Of a stretch of 55,798 nt of DNA, positions 8,895-17,859 are shown one piece after another. The notes beneath the pieces were generated by a model. It searched no databases and was not told the DNA's origin. It was given only the letters and a program-made list of their open reading frames with translations. The position numbers were made by a program, and so were the translations under genes. This stretch comes from an uncultured Gammaproteobacteria bacterium (GTDB taxonomy: Bacteria > Patescibacteriota > Microgenomatia > UBA8517 > JACQJR01): contig CAYTZB010000007.1 of the NCBI GenBank assembly GCA_964442455.1, positions 1 through 55,798 on the forward strand, read 5' to 3'. Within the stretch, counting starts at the first letter, position 1; each line of letters opens with the position of its first letter.

Positions 8895-10859
8895 TTACTT
8901 AACATGTACTCCAAATTTTGAACGCAACATCTTTATAATTTTCTCTCGGATTTTTTCTACCTCTTTATCGTTTAATGTTTTATGAGGATTTTGATACTTA
9001 ATACGGAGAGTTCGTGTATCCTGGTAAACATCTATAAGTTCAACAGAAACCACATGAGTATCCGCATTCTTAACTGCATCGAAGACTCCTCCAAGGAGCG
9101 TCCGAGGAGGAAGTACCAACGAGATATCCTCGACATGAGCTGGGTATTTTGGGATAGGATGAAAAGATTGGGGTGTCAAACTTCTGTGTAAGAGTTCCAT
9201 ATTAAATTCGTAATGAATAAACTTATTTTGAGTAAGTACACCCAACTGACCAATCTCCTCTTTTTTACTCGTAATTGAAATTCTATGATTCGGCAAAAAA
9301 CCTCCTGCGTCTTGGGCGTTGAACGTTGCCTCGATATTCAATTCTGCGAGAAACGCCTCAATAATTCCCTTTGCCGTCCTATAGTCATGTCCGATAAAAA
9401 TCCCCCCAAGTATCATTTTTTCTTCCGGCAATTTCCCGCGAGTTGGAAGATACACATTTGCCATTTCAAATAAATGAAACGGCTCTTTTTCTCCTGCATT
9501 TTGTTGTGCGGCCGAGGCGAGAGAAGGCGCAAGTGAAGTGCGCAGATATTCCGAATCACTTCCCAGAGGATTTCTCAATTTTAATGCCCAGGAATGACGC
9601 CCTTCCAGGTCCACAAATTCTCCTGGCGTCAACGACAAAGTGTACACTTCAACTCCTCCCCACCCCTTGAGAATATGTTTTACCTTCAATTCAAAATCAA
9701 ATGGAGCACTAGGAAGTGGGTCTGGAATCTTGCCAGTCATAAGTTCACTTGGTAAATTGTGATATCCGTAAATGCGTGCTACCTCTTCAACGATATCTTC
9801 AGGAATTCCTATATCTTGCGCGCGCCATGAAGGGATTACCACTTCTATGGTGTCGTTTATCCATTTTGCGGCAAATCCTAAAGAAGTTAAAATATTTGAA
9901 ATTTCTTTTTCACTCATTTCAACACCAATTCTTTTTTGGATAAATTCTAAATTAGTTTTAATTAGATTTTCTTTATAAGGGTGAGGATATATATCTAAAA
10001 TTTCTTTTTCTGCCTGCCCGCCTGTTAACTCTTCAAAAAGGTCAATCCCTCGCTTGATGGTAAGCGACACGAGTTGCGTGGAAAGCCCCTTTTCAAAAAG
10101 AGTTGCCGCTACTGTTCTGTGCGCAAGGGACATAGAAGTGCGACGGATAGTCGCAGGGTTGTACGTTTGTACGAAAAGAAGAACGTTTTTCGTATGTTCG
10201 TGAACTGCGGAGTTTTCCCCTCCCATAATTCCTGCGAGGTCAATGAGACGACCCTCACCGTCCTCGATTACAATATCGCCTCCGGGAAGTGTGTGGGTTT
10301 TACCATCGAGGGTAGTTATTTTCTCGCCTTTCGCTGCTGCGCGTAGTTTCATTGTTGCGCCGCGAATTTTGTCATAATCAAATGTGTGTGTGGGTTGGCC
10401 AAGTTCAGCCATCAAATAATTTGAAATATCAACAATGTTATTAATTGGACGAATACCTATCAGCGTGAGTCGCTTTTGCATCCAGGCAGGCGAGGGGGCT
10501 ATTTTGACGTTTTTAATGAGCACTGCAGTAAATCTTGGGCAGAGCGTTGAATCAACATGGGCCGTAAGATAAGTCACTTGAGAGGAAAATTCTTGCTCTC
10601 GCTTTATGGTTAATGGAATGAATGAAGCTAAGATACCAAAGCGTGGTAAAACGGCTGCCGCCTCTCTTGCAATTCCTAACACACTTGCCGAATCTACTCG
10701 GTTAGTGGTTATTTCAATTAAATAAACGAAATCCTCACCCTCCTTTGTTACCTTTTCAACTGAAGGGCCACAGAGGGAAAGATATTCGGCAATTTGTTTG
10801 GATGTTGCCTTAGTTTTTAAAAACTCCCTAAGCCAGGAATCTGGGATTAAGATATCCAT
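8895..10859 (-). CDS. pheT: phenylalanine--tRNA ligase beta subunit (short form)
   Basis: 654 aa directly downstream of pheS; B3/B4, B5 and C-terminal anticodon-binding-like regions recognisable; N-terminal tRNA-binding OB domain appears absent. Confidence 0.9.
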   Translation of the reverse strand: MDILIPDSWLREFLKTKATSKQIAEYLSLCGPSVEKVTKEGEDFVYLIEITTNRVDSASVLGIAREAAAVLPRFGILASFIPLTIKREQEFSSQVTYLTAHVDSTLCPRFTAVLIKNVKIAPSPAWMQKRLTLIGIRPINNIVDISNYLMAELGQPTHTFDYDKIRGATMKLRAAAKGEKITTLDGKTHTLPGGDIVIEDGEGRLIDLAGIMGGENSAVHEHTKNVLLFVQTYNPATIRRTSMSLAHRTVAATLFEKGLSTQLVSLTIKRGIDLFEELTGGQAEKEILDIYPHPYKENLIKTNLEFIQKRIGVEMSEKEISNILTSLGFAAKWINDTIEVVIPSWRAQDIGIPEDIVEEVARIYGYHNLPSELMTGKIPDPLPSAPFDFELKVKHILKGWGGVEVYTLSLTPGEFVDLEGRHSWALKLRNPLGSDSEYLRTSLAPSLASAAQQNAGEKEPFHLFEMANVYLPTRGKLPEEKMILGGIFIGHDYRTAKGIIEAFLAELNIEATFNAQDAGGFLPNHRISITSKKEEIGQLGVLTQNKFIHYEFNMELLHRSLTPQSFHPIPKYPAHVEDISLVLPPRTLLGGVFDAVKNADTHVVSVELIDVYQDTRTLRIKYQNPHKTLNDKEVEKIREKIIKMLRSKFGVHVK

Positions 10860-10882
10860 ATATTCATATATGAATATTAAGA

Positions 10883-11914
10883 CTAGAATTGTCGTAAGAA
10901 TCTTAAATCTGAACTATAAAGTAATCGAATGTCTGGGATTTTAAGGTCTTGTTTCATCATGAAAGTTCGTTCGACTCCCCACCCGAAGGCAAAACCGGTA
11001 TATTTATTCGGGTTTATTCCTCCATTTTTAAGTACAACAGGATGTACCATTCCTGCCCCTCCAAGTTCGAGCCACCCACCTTTGCAAAGTTTGCAGCCCT
11101 TGCCGTTACATACGCCGCATGTGACATCAACCTCAAACGAAGGTTCGGTAAATTGAAAGTGGTATGGCCGCAGTCGCGTCTTGCGACCAGAACCGAAAAA
11201 GTTTCGTGCGAAGTAATCAAGTGTCCCGCGAAGATGAACAATAGAAATGTTTTCATCTATTACCAATCCCTCAAACTGGTGAAACATAGGAACATGCGAT
11301 ACATCTGATTGTCGACGGTAGCATTTTGCTATGTTGATCATTCTGATAGGGGGTACTTTAACCCGTTCCATTTCTCTTACCTGTCCAGATGAAGTATGAG
11401 GAGTAAGAACCATCTGACCGTATTTTGGATGAGATGGCGCGTCTACAAAAAAAGTCTCCCAATCGTCTCTCGCCGGATGATTTTTGGGCATGTTAAGACT
11501 TTCGAACGCAAACCAATCCCACTCAACCTCAGGGTATCGGACACGTACAAAACCTACTCTTTCAAATGTTCTTGAGATTTCCTCTATCGCCGCTGTTACA
11601 AGATGAAGGTGTCCCATTTGGGGTTTGATTCCAGGAATGGTTGAGTCAAACCACTCCCCTTCTCCCTTGCCTTTAAGAAGTTTTTGGCGTTGCTGCCCAA
11701 GTGCACTTTCAATTACCTCTTTTGCATCATTTATCATTTGTCCAACAACTATTCGTTTATCAATGGGAAGTGTCCTAAGTTGTTGTGTGAGTGGATTGAG
11801 TTCTCCTCTTCGACCAAGAAACGTAACACGAAGATTTTCTAATTCTTCAATGCTCTGCGCACCCATAATTTGCGCCAATGCTTCATTTTTGAGATTTTGT
11901 ATCCGTTCTTCCAT
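10883..11914 (-). CDS. pheS: phenylalanine--tRNA ligase alpha subunit
   Basis: Class II core with the FEVDVTCGVCNGKGCKLCKGGWLELGGAGMVHP block; ATG at 11914 preceded by AAGGTG; the track start at 11932 is TTG. Confidence 0.93.
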   Translation of the reverse strand: MEERIQNLKNEALAQIMGAQSIEELENLRVTFLGRRGELNPLTQQLRTLPIDKRIVVGQMINDAKEVIESALGQQRQKLLKGKGEGEWFDSTIPGIKPQMGHLHLVTAAIEEISRTFERVGFVRVRYPEVEWDWFAFESLNMPKNHPARDDWETFFVDAPSHPKYGQMVLTPHTSSGQVREMERVKVPPIRMINIAKCYRRQSDVSHVPMFHQFEGLVIDENISIVHLRGTLDYFARNFFGSGRKTRLRPYHFQFTEPSFEVDVTCGVCNGKGCKLCKGGWLELGGAGMVHPVVLKNGGINPNKYTGFAFGWGVERTFMMKQDLKIPDIRLLYSSDLRFLRQF

Positions 11915-11930
11915 ACACCTTAATCGTAAC

Positions 11931-11958
11931 AAAAAAGCTTCCTATAAGGGAAGCTTTT
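11931..11958 (-). terminator. intrinsic terminator between rplT and pheS
   Basis: Minus strand AGCTTCC-loop-GGAAGCT 7-bp stem followed by TTTTTT. Confidence 0.55.
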
Positions 11959-11985
11959 ATTGTTGAGGGGTTTGGTTAAGTGTTG

Positions 11986-12330
11986 TTATGCACTCTTTAC
12001 CCGCTCAACTATTTTGCTAAATGTCTCCGGTTCTTCAATAGCAAGTTGAGAGAGGATTTTTCGGTCTAAGTTGATGTTGGCTTTTCTCAAACCGGCGATG
12101 AATGTACTGTAGGTTAAACCTTCTTCTCGGACTGCAGCATTCAAACGTTCTATCCAAAGCGTTCTGAAATTGCGTTTACGCTGTTTTCGCCCAATATACG
12201 CATATTGACCAGCATGGAGCACTGCCTCGCGAGCTGTTTGGTATCTCTTCCTGCGTGCTTGACGAAAGCCTTTTGCAGCTTTTAGAATTTTTTTATGTCT
12301 TCGTCTGGTTGGTGATTTAACGCGTGCCAT
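11986..12330 (-). CDS. rplT: 50S ribosomal protein L20
   Basis: MARVKSPTRRRHKKILKAAKGFRQARR... canonical L20 N-terminus; position in the infC-rpmI-rplT block. Confidence 0.95.
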   Translation of the reverse strand: MARVKSPTRRRHKKILKAAKGFRQARRKRYQTAREAVLHAGQYAYIGRKQRKRNFRTLWIERLNAAVREEGLTYSTFIAGLRKANINLDRKILSQLAIEEPETFSKIVERVKSA

Positions 12331-12436
12331 AATATTTAAAATTCGAAATTCTAATATCTAAATTCGAAACAAATCCTAAATTCTAATGTTCTAAATTTCA
12401 AAACGTTTTGTCCGCCAGATGGCGGATTAAATTTAA

Positions 12437-12574
12437 TTACTGTTTAGGATTTCGTGCTTCGAATTTATTTTTACCGTAAGGTTCCATTCTTTGATATGGT
12501 CCAAAGCTCTTTGCCGACTTGTCACCTACTCGTGCCGAGCGTGTCTGCCGAAATGATTTTGTTTGTCTTCCCAT
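12437..12574 (-). CDS. candidate 45-aa basic peptide (MGRQTKSFRQTRSARVGDKSAKSFGPYQRMEPYGKNKFEARNPKQ)
   Basis: ATG overlaps the rpmI TAA (TAATG); fills part of an unusually long 243-nt rpmI-rplT spacer; followed by hairpin TCCGCC-ATCT-GGCGGA; no homology recognised. Confidence 0.3.
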   Translation of the reverse strand: MGRQTKSFRQTRSARVGDKSAKSFGPYQRMEPYGKNKFEARNPKQ

Positions 12575-12774
12575 TACACTCCCAAAATTTTTCTTACTTT
12601 CCTTAAATTCGCGCCTGTTAATGCAACAGGCTTTTGTACGCGCGCTCTTTTTGATTTTACCGTTTTCAGGTGTCGGCGGAAACTTCGCAAATGTAAAATC
12701 TTACCGGTACCGGTTACCTTAAACCGTCGAGTAGCAATTTTTTTAGTCTTTATTTTTGTTTTCTTTACCTTCAT
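12574..12774 (-). CDS. rpmI: 50S ribosomal protein L35
   Basis: MKVKKTKIKTKKIATRRFKVTGTGKILH... typical L35; 66 aa. Confidence 0.93.
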   Translation of the reverse strand: MKVKKTKIKTKKIATRRFKVTGTGKILHLRSFRRHLKTVKSKRARVQKPVALTGANLRKVRKILGV

Positions 12775-13327
12775 GGACGCTCTCCTTTACTTTTTTAAGC
12801 GGTGTCACGACCCCAATAAGTTGTCGACCCAGCATTTTTGGTTGTTGTTCAACTCGGGCAGCGTCAGCCAAGTGAGCAAGCACTCTCCCCATCACAGTGT
12901 ATAATGGCCTTGTATCAAACAATCGCCTTTTTGGCCTAATTGTTATTCGTACCTTTGCGCCCTCTTCTAAAAACTCCTTAACCTTCGCGAGTCGAACCTC
13001 ATAGTCATTTGTGGCAATAAAAGGTGTAAACCATACTTCCTTGAGTTGCTCGCCCCTCTTTTGTTTTTTCCGTTGCTCACGTTCCTTTTTCTCCTGTTCG
13101 TACAAAAACTTCGTATAATCAACAAGGCGGGCAACAGGTGGTGTAGCGCTGGGCGCAATTTCTACTAAATCAACTGATAACTCACGTGCCGCCTTAAGGG
13201 CAACTTCGCGTGGCAAAATGCCTACTTGTTTACCGTCAGGGCCGATGACGCGCAACGTATCCGCTCGTATTTGCTCGTTTTTCCGCCAGAACGGTTTTGT
13301 GTTATGTCCTCTTCTCAAAGATACCAC
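12743..13327 (-). CDS. infC: translation initiation factor IF-3
   Basis: N-domain IRADTLRVIGPDGKQ and C-domain PKMLGRQL; GTG start in the track; C-terminal tail overlaps the rpmI start by 32 nt. Confidence 0.92.
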   Translation of the reverse strand: MVSLRRGHNTKPFWRKNEQIRADTLRVIGPDGKQVGILPREVALKAARELSVDLVEIAPSATPPVARLVDYTKFLYEQEKKEREQRKKQKRGEQLKEVWFTPFIATNDYEVRLAKVKEFLEEGAKVRITIRPKRRLFDTRPLYTVMGRVLAHLADAARVEQQPKMLGRQLIGVVTPLKKVKESVHEGKENKNKD

Positions 13328-13332
13328 ACGTA

Positions 13333-14547
13333 TTATACAAGCCTACTTGTTCTTTTTTCAATAGCCGCCTTCATATTTTTAACTAACTCACTAATCTCTA
13401 ATTCTCTAATCTCTTTTCCACCCCTCGTTCTTATTGCAACTGTACCGCCCTTTTCCTCTTCATCCCCTACCACAAGAATATATGGCACTTTTTGGAGTTC
13501 TGCATCTCTAATTCTGGCTTGCATCGTTTCCGCCCTATCATCAAGCTCAGTACGGATATGCTCCTGCTGGAGCTTTTCAACTACCCTTTGGGAATACTCT
13601 ATGTTTCTGTCCGTTACCGGGATTACGACTACTTGTATGGGGGAGAGCCAGAGTGGAAAAGCCCCTTGGTAATGTTCTATTAAAATACCTATGAATCGTT
13701 CAAATGAACCAAAAATTGCCCGATGAATCATCACCGGTCGCTTTTTGCTGCCATCGCGATCAACATAGGCCAACTTCATTCTTTCTGGGATTTGAAAGTC
13801 AAGCTGAATAGTTGCCAACTGCCAATCGCGATCTTGCGAATCTCTAATGTGGATGTCAATCTTTGGGCCATAAAATGCTCCATCTTTTGGTTTTATGTCA
13901 TATTTTACTTTTGCTCTTTTTAGCGCAATCTCTAAGTCCCGCTCTGCTTCTTCCCATAATTTTTGGTCACCCATTGCCTTGTCCGGTTTTGTTGCTAAAT
14001 AAAAATGAGGGATAAACTCGAGAGAGCGATAGAATTCTGTAACGAGTTCAAGTAATGTGTGTATCTCTGCTTGAATTTGATCAGGACGTACGAACAGGTG
14101 AGCATCATCAATTGAGAATTGTTGGACTCGGAAAAGTCCACCTAACACTCCAGATAATTCCCTGCGATGAAGGATTCCATATTCTGAAAGTTTTAACGGT
14201 AAATCTTGATAGCTACGGGTTCGTGAACTATAAACAAGCGTTGATTCTGGACAATTCATTGGTTTCAAACTCCAACTTTCGTTATCGATTGTGAGGTTAA
14301 ACATATTATGTTCTCCGAAGTGTTCCCAATGACCGGATTGTTTAAACAGCGCGCTTTTTACCATAACAGGGGTGCTAATTTCTTGATAGCCTTCCCTTTC
14401 TGTTTTTTCTTGGATAAAAGATAGAAGTGTTCTATAAATTATCCACCCTTTTGGGTGCCAAAAAATTGCTCCTGGTGCAACATCATGGGTGGAGAATAAA
14501 TCTAATTCTCTTCCTATTTCTCGGTGATCTTTAAGTGTTTTTACCAT
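13333..14547 (-). CDS. thrS: threonine--tRNA ligase, catalytic core + anticodon-binding domain only
   Basis: Class II core (DHREIG, FWHPKGW, HRAIFGSFERFIG) and C-terminal anticodon-binding domain; about 404 aa, no TGS or editing N-terminal domains; ATG at 14547. Confidence 0.9.
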   Translation of the reverse strand: MVKTLKDHREIGRELDLFSTHDVAPGAIFWHPKGWIIYRTLLSFIQEKTEREGYQEISTPVMVKSALFKQSGHWEHFGEHNMFNLTIDNESWSLKPMNCPESTLVYSSRTRSYQDLPLKLSEYGILHRRELSGVLGGLFRVQQFSIDDAHLFVRPDQIQAEIHTLLELVTEFYRSLEFIPHFYLATKPDKAMGDQKLWEEAERDLEIALKRAKVKYDIKPKDGAFYGPKIDIHIRDSQDRDWQLATIQLDFQIPERMKLAYVDRDGSKKRPVMIHRAIFGSFERFIGILIEHYQGAFPLWLSPIQVVVIPVTDRNIEYSQRVVEKLQQEHIRTELDDRAETMQARIRDAELQKVPYILVVGDEEEKGGTVAIRTRGGKEIRELEISELVKNMKAAIEKRTSRLV

Positions 14548-14602
14548 CAAGAATTATTGTACCAGATTGGGGTTTGAAGAGGAATGGGTTTTTCTATGCA
14601 TT

Positions 14603-14917
14603 TTACGCGGCTTCTTCTGCTTTTAACGATTCTTGCATCACTTTCTCGGTAAGTTTATTAGCTATTTGGTTTACTAACCACCCATCTGAGCTCTCAGATT
14701 CTGTTTCCATACGGGTGGCCTCTACTTCCTCTTTTGTGAGATTGTCCTCTTGTAATTTGCCCCATAGGATAAGCGTCTTTGGGGTTAGCTTTGAGGGATT
14801 CACACGGAGGAGGGTGGGATTCCCCTGTGTTCCTTTCTTCTTCTCTTCTTCTATTGCATGTTTGACTTCTTCTCGATACTGTTCAATTTTTGCCGCTTCT
14901 TCTTCCATTTGGTTCAA
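14603..14917 (-). CDS. hypothetical acidic protein (104 aa)
   Basis: ATG-initiated ORF rich in E/K; preferred over the low-complexity opposite-strand ORF 14535-15008. Confidence 0.5.
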   Translation of the reverse strand: MNQMEEEAAKIEQYREEVKHAIEEEKKKGTQGNPTLLRVNPSKLTPKTLILWGKLQEDNLTKEEVEATRMETESESSDGWLVNQIANKLTEKVMQESLKAEEAA

Positions 14918-14973
14918 TTATACCATAGGTGGGTTGAGAATGTTGCAGAAGGGTGTAAAATACATTATGCAGT

Positions 14974-15981
14974 ATGCGGGAGCGTCGACCGGACGGACAA
15001 ACTCCTGACCAAAGACCTGATTTTATAGGGACCATAGATCGTACGGGGATGGTTGGATTTATGCTGGATGATACATGGAGGGTTGGATGGAATCAGCCAA
15101 ACGGAAGAGTTATTTGGCACACGCATCAAGATATTTGGAGGGTTTTTCGACAAAATGAAAGAGTGATTCAAAGATTTTTAGACAAACCAATAATTGATGA
15201 GAGCCAACAAGAAGAAGCGCGCACCGATCCAAGTTTAGGCGTATCGTTACCAGATTTAATGAATATAGTTATGATTCGAGGAGAGATTCGATTTGCCCAA
15301 GATTTATCTTCAAGAATTAATAGACTTAGGTCGCTCCTATTTGATCATAGAATTCCCGTTACTGTAATAATTATAGAGCTTAATGGAATACATAGGGAAA
15401 TTGGTCCGCACGTAAAAAATCCTCTTAAAGTCGGCGCATTAACACATTTGACTTTCGCCCAGACAGCCCAGACAGTCGAAGAAGTTCAACAATACTCAGC
15501 AGAAGCTTATGAGGCTTTGTTATTACGTGCTTACGAGGGGACATCCATTGTAACCTCACTTCTGAGAAGGGGAGGAGAAATTATTAAGTGGGTAGATCAA
15601 CAGGAGATTTTGATAAGGAATCTAAAAAATGCTGTTGGGGCGGCTCTTATTGAAATTTTAAGAGCCAAAGAAGGAAGTGAACCTGTACGTAGGCAATCGA
15701 TTGAATTATGGAAAGACCGTTTTGGTGGTATAACAGATATTTTGAGGCCTTCATTTGAAATAAGAGGTCATCCTTACGCAGGACTTCTTCAACGCAGAGA
15801 ACTACTATTGTTAAAAGAAGTAAGAAGTGTAATAGATAGTGGTGACGTAGCTAGAGTTGAGAGGATATTTAGTGCAGCGTATCCAGTGCTGGATAATGCA
15901 GTTAAAGATTGGGAAGATCGCGATAAGTCTGGTAGGTACGATCGCTATCGTGCTGCTCCCAAAAGTGGCCCAAGGAGATAA
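14974..15981 (+). CDS. hypothetical protein (335 aa)
   Basis: Long ATG-initiated ORF; no recognisable motif. Confidence 0.65.
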   Translation: MRERRPDGQTPDQRPDFIGTIDRTGMVGFMLDDTWRVGWNQPNGRVIWHTHQDIWRVFRQNERVIQRFLDKPIIDESQQEEARTDPSLGVSLPDLMNIVMIRGEIRFAQDLSSRINRLRSLLFDHRIPVTVIIIELNGIHREIGPHVKNPLKVGALTHLTFAQTAQTVEEVQQYSAEAYEALLLRAYEGTSIVTSLLRRGGEIIKWVDQQEILIRNLKNAVGAALIEILRAKEGSEPVRRQSIELWKDRFGGITDILRPSFEIRGHPYAGLLQRRELLLLKEVRSVIDSGDVARVERIFSAAYPVLDNAVKDWEDRDKSGRYDRYRAAPKSGPRR

Positions 15982-16044
15982 AAGATTTATTTCGAAAATC
16001 TTCTTCTTGCTCTTACCGTTTCTCATGTGTGCTATACTAAGAAA

Positions 16045-16680
16045 ATGCCACAACTTAAAAGCGAAGAATCCCCCGTTCACAACGAACTAGTTTCCGCTCG
16101 ACAACGAATGATTCTTATTAGGGTTTTACTGCTTCTTGCTCTTGTGGGAGGATTGCTATATCTCTCACGCGGACTTTTTATTGCGGCAACGGTTAACGGA
16201 CAGCCAATTACCCGACTAACGGTCGTTTCCGAGCTTGAACGGCGAGGAGGTAGCCAAACACTGGAGGATTTGATTACCAAAACTCTCATTTTTCAGGAAG
16301 CCGATAAGCAGAATGTAACGGTAAGCCAGGAAGAGGTGAACAAAATTGTCGAAGAGTTCGAAAAGAGTGTGAAAGAGCAGGGGCAAGATGTTAACACGGT
16401 ACTCGCATTCCAGGGTTTGGACAGAGCACGGTTTATAGAGCAAATAAGAGTCCAGAAGATAGTGGAGAAAATTCTCACTCCCAAGGTTTCTATTTCTGAT
16501 GAAGAGATAGAAACACATATTAAGGATAACAAGCAATCCTTAACAGAGGGTGCGTCGGAGGACGAGCTTCGCGAAGAAGCACGACAACAGTTAAGACAAA
16601 CTAAACTAACAGACGCGTTTCAGTCGTGGATGGAAGAGCTCAGAAAGAACGCGAATATCACCTATTGGGTAAAGTATTAA
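16045..16680 (+). CDS. membrane-anchored SurA N-terminal-domain / PpiD-like chaperone
   Basis: N-terminal TM then VNGQPITR...EEVNK...; ATG at 16045 preferred over GTG at 16027. Confidence 0.65.
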   Translation: MPQLKSEESPVHNELVSARQRMILIRVLLLLALVGGLLYLSRGLFIAATVNGQPITRLTVVSELERRGGSQTLEDLITKTLIFQEADKQNVTVSQEEVNKIVEEFEKSVKEQGQDVNTVLAFQGLDRARFIEQIRVQKIVEKILTPKVSISDEEIETHIKDNKQSLTEGASEDELREEARQQLRQTKLTDAFQSWMEELRKNANITYWVKY

Positions 16681-16707
16681 TCATCTAACCCATTAAGTAA
16701 CCTCAAT

Positions 16708-17016
16708 CTATTTAAATCGTAATCGAGTAAATCGTGATTCGACTTCTATTCCCCAACGTTGTGCTTCTTTAGCAAATGACTCTATATCATTAAATCCCTT
16801 CAATATTAAAGTAAGCATACCCATAGTGCCTATAAGTCCAAAGGTTTTTATTTCTTCTGCGCTAAAGAGTTGCCCCACTGCGATAACACTTAGTCCAATA
16901 CCCAACCCAATCACGTACCGTTTATTGCGAGCGGCAATTGTTTCTGCTTTCTGTCTAAGCTTAATTTCCACAATTTCATTCGGAAATTTAAATAACCTTT
17001 CTTTACCGCTTCTCAT
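16708..17016 (-). CDS. hypothetical small membrane protein (102 aa, 2 TM-like segments)
   Basis: ORF with hydrophobic stretches VIGLGIGLSVIAVGQLF and FGLIGTMGMLTLIL. Confidence 0.55.
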   Translation of the reverse strand: MRSGKERLFKFPNEIVEIKLRQKAETIAARNKRYVIGLGIGLSVIAVGQLFSAEEIKTFGLIGTMGMLTLILKGFNDIESFAKEAQRWGIEVESRFTRLRFK

Positions 17017-17189
17017 ATGCGATCTTCTAAATATGACCCCCTGATACTATCAGAAAATTTTTCAATTGTATAGCGTAACATTGTTCGTGGCATTTTTCCA
17101 TATGGTGGGCTTTTCACTTATCATTTTTGATTTTTGCCTCAATTTTTGGTACAATTCACCTGCAATGTAGGTAAAGGTAAGCAATTCGC

Positions 17190-17304
17190 TGCTTTCTGTT
17201 TATCTATTTTGTGTTTTCATTCTTGCACTTTGACATCGTTTGCGGAAATAACCACAGTATGTGGCGCTTTGAGTATCAAGCAATTGGTATTCGGTGTGCC
17301 ACAT
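17190..17304 (+). promoter_or_regulatory. conserved 5' non-coding module (GCTTTCTGT ... TTGCACTTTGACA ... 7-bp hairpin ATGTGGC/GCCACAT)
   Basis: Same ordered motifs recur at 48194-48285 upstream of an unrelated ORF; region 17017-17404 has no credible ORF. Confidence 0.45.
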
Positions 17305-17404
17305 ATTGGTGGTAAGGAAGCTAGTTTCTTTCAAGGAGGAAGCTCGTGGTTGCTCTCGGGGTAGCACAACATAAACCAGCTTGGGAAGTAAGATTTAGGT
17401 CTGC

Positions 17405-17450
17405 TTCACCGTTCAGTCCGCCATTTGGCGAGACAAGCTCGAAAGGAGCA
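17405..17450 (+). promoter_or_regulatory. 46-nt leader repeat, copy A (hairpin GTCCGCC-ATTT-GGCGAGAC, then GCTC-GAAAG-GAGC overlapping the SD)
   Basis: 44/46 identical to 17860-17905; ends 7 nt before the ATG at 17458; both mismatches fall in unpaired positions. Confidence 0.6.
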
Positions 17451-17457
17451 CAACGAC

Positions 17458-17832
17458 ATGGGTATGTTTCTTGCTCTTTTACCGTTCGAGAATGATGAAG
17501 ACCGTCGGGGTGACACCGCATTCTCTAAAACGGTACTTGAGTCAGGGCCTGCTCTGAGAACAGAACTGTTTGAGGCGCTATCGTCTCTACCGAGCAACCC
17601 TGTTCCTGGCGCGTTCATAACGTACTTGAGCCGCGAAGGTGAAAGCGAAGACACGCACTACGGGAACACTCAAACGAATGGCTATGACGAACCACTCAAA
17701 TGTGTAACTGTAGCACAGCTCCTTTCCCTTTCCTCGCATGAAAATGTGAGGGATAATGTCGTGAGTAAAGCAGTTTGGGCATATCTGTCCAACCTGTCAC
17801 GCAACACACGTGTTGCTCTCTACTGGTACTAG
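17458..17832 (+). CDS. hypothetical protein (124 aa)
   Basis: ATG 9 nt after GGAG; hand-counted 60-nt lines here are 48-57% GC; no motif recognised. Confidence 0.6.
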   Translation: MGMFLALLPFENDEDRRGDTAFSKTVLESGPALRTELFEALSSLPSNPVPGAFITYLSREGESEDTHYGNTQTNGYDEPLKCVTVAQLLSLSSHENVRDNVVSKAVWAYLSNLSRNTRVALYWY

Positions 17833-17859
17833 CTAGCCTGGGAGTTCCGCGAAGCGGAA

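Noticed and set aside
14535-15008. 157-aa plus-strand ORF overlapping the thrS start region and the acidic 104-aa gene
   Set aside because: The peptide is Ser/Phe-rich and low-complexity, and it starts inside thrS on the opposite strand. The minus-strand ATG ORF is the more plausible of the two, though itself only moderately supported.
17134-17364. 76-aa ORF in the long non-coding region upstream of cassette 1
   Set aside because: It has a non-ATG start, a Cys/Phe-rich composition and no SD. The region also carries motifs shared with the non-coding region at 48194-48285. I treat it as a leader or ncRNA candidate.
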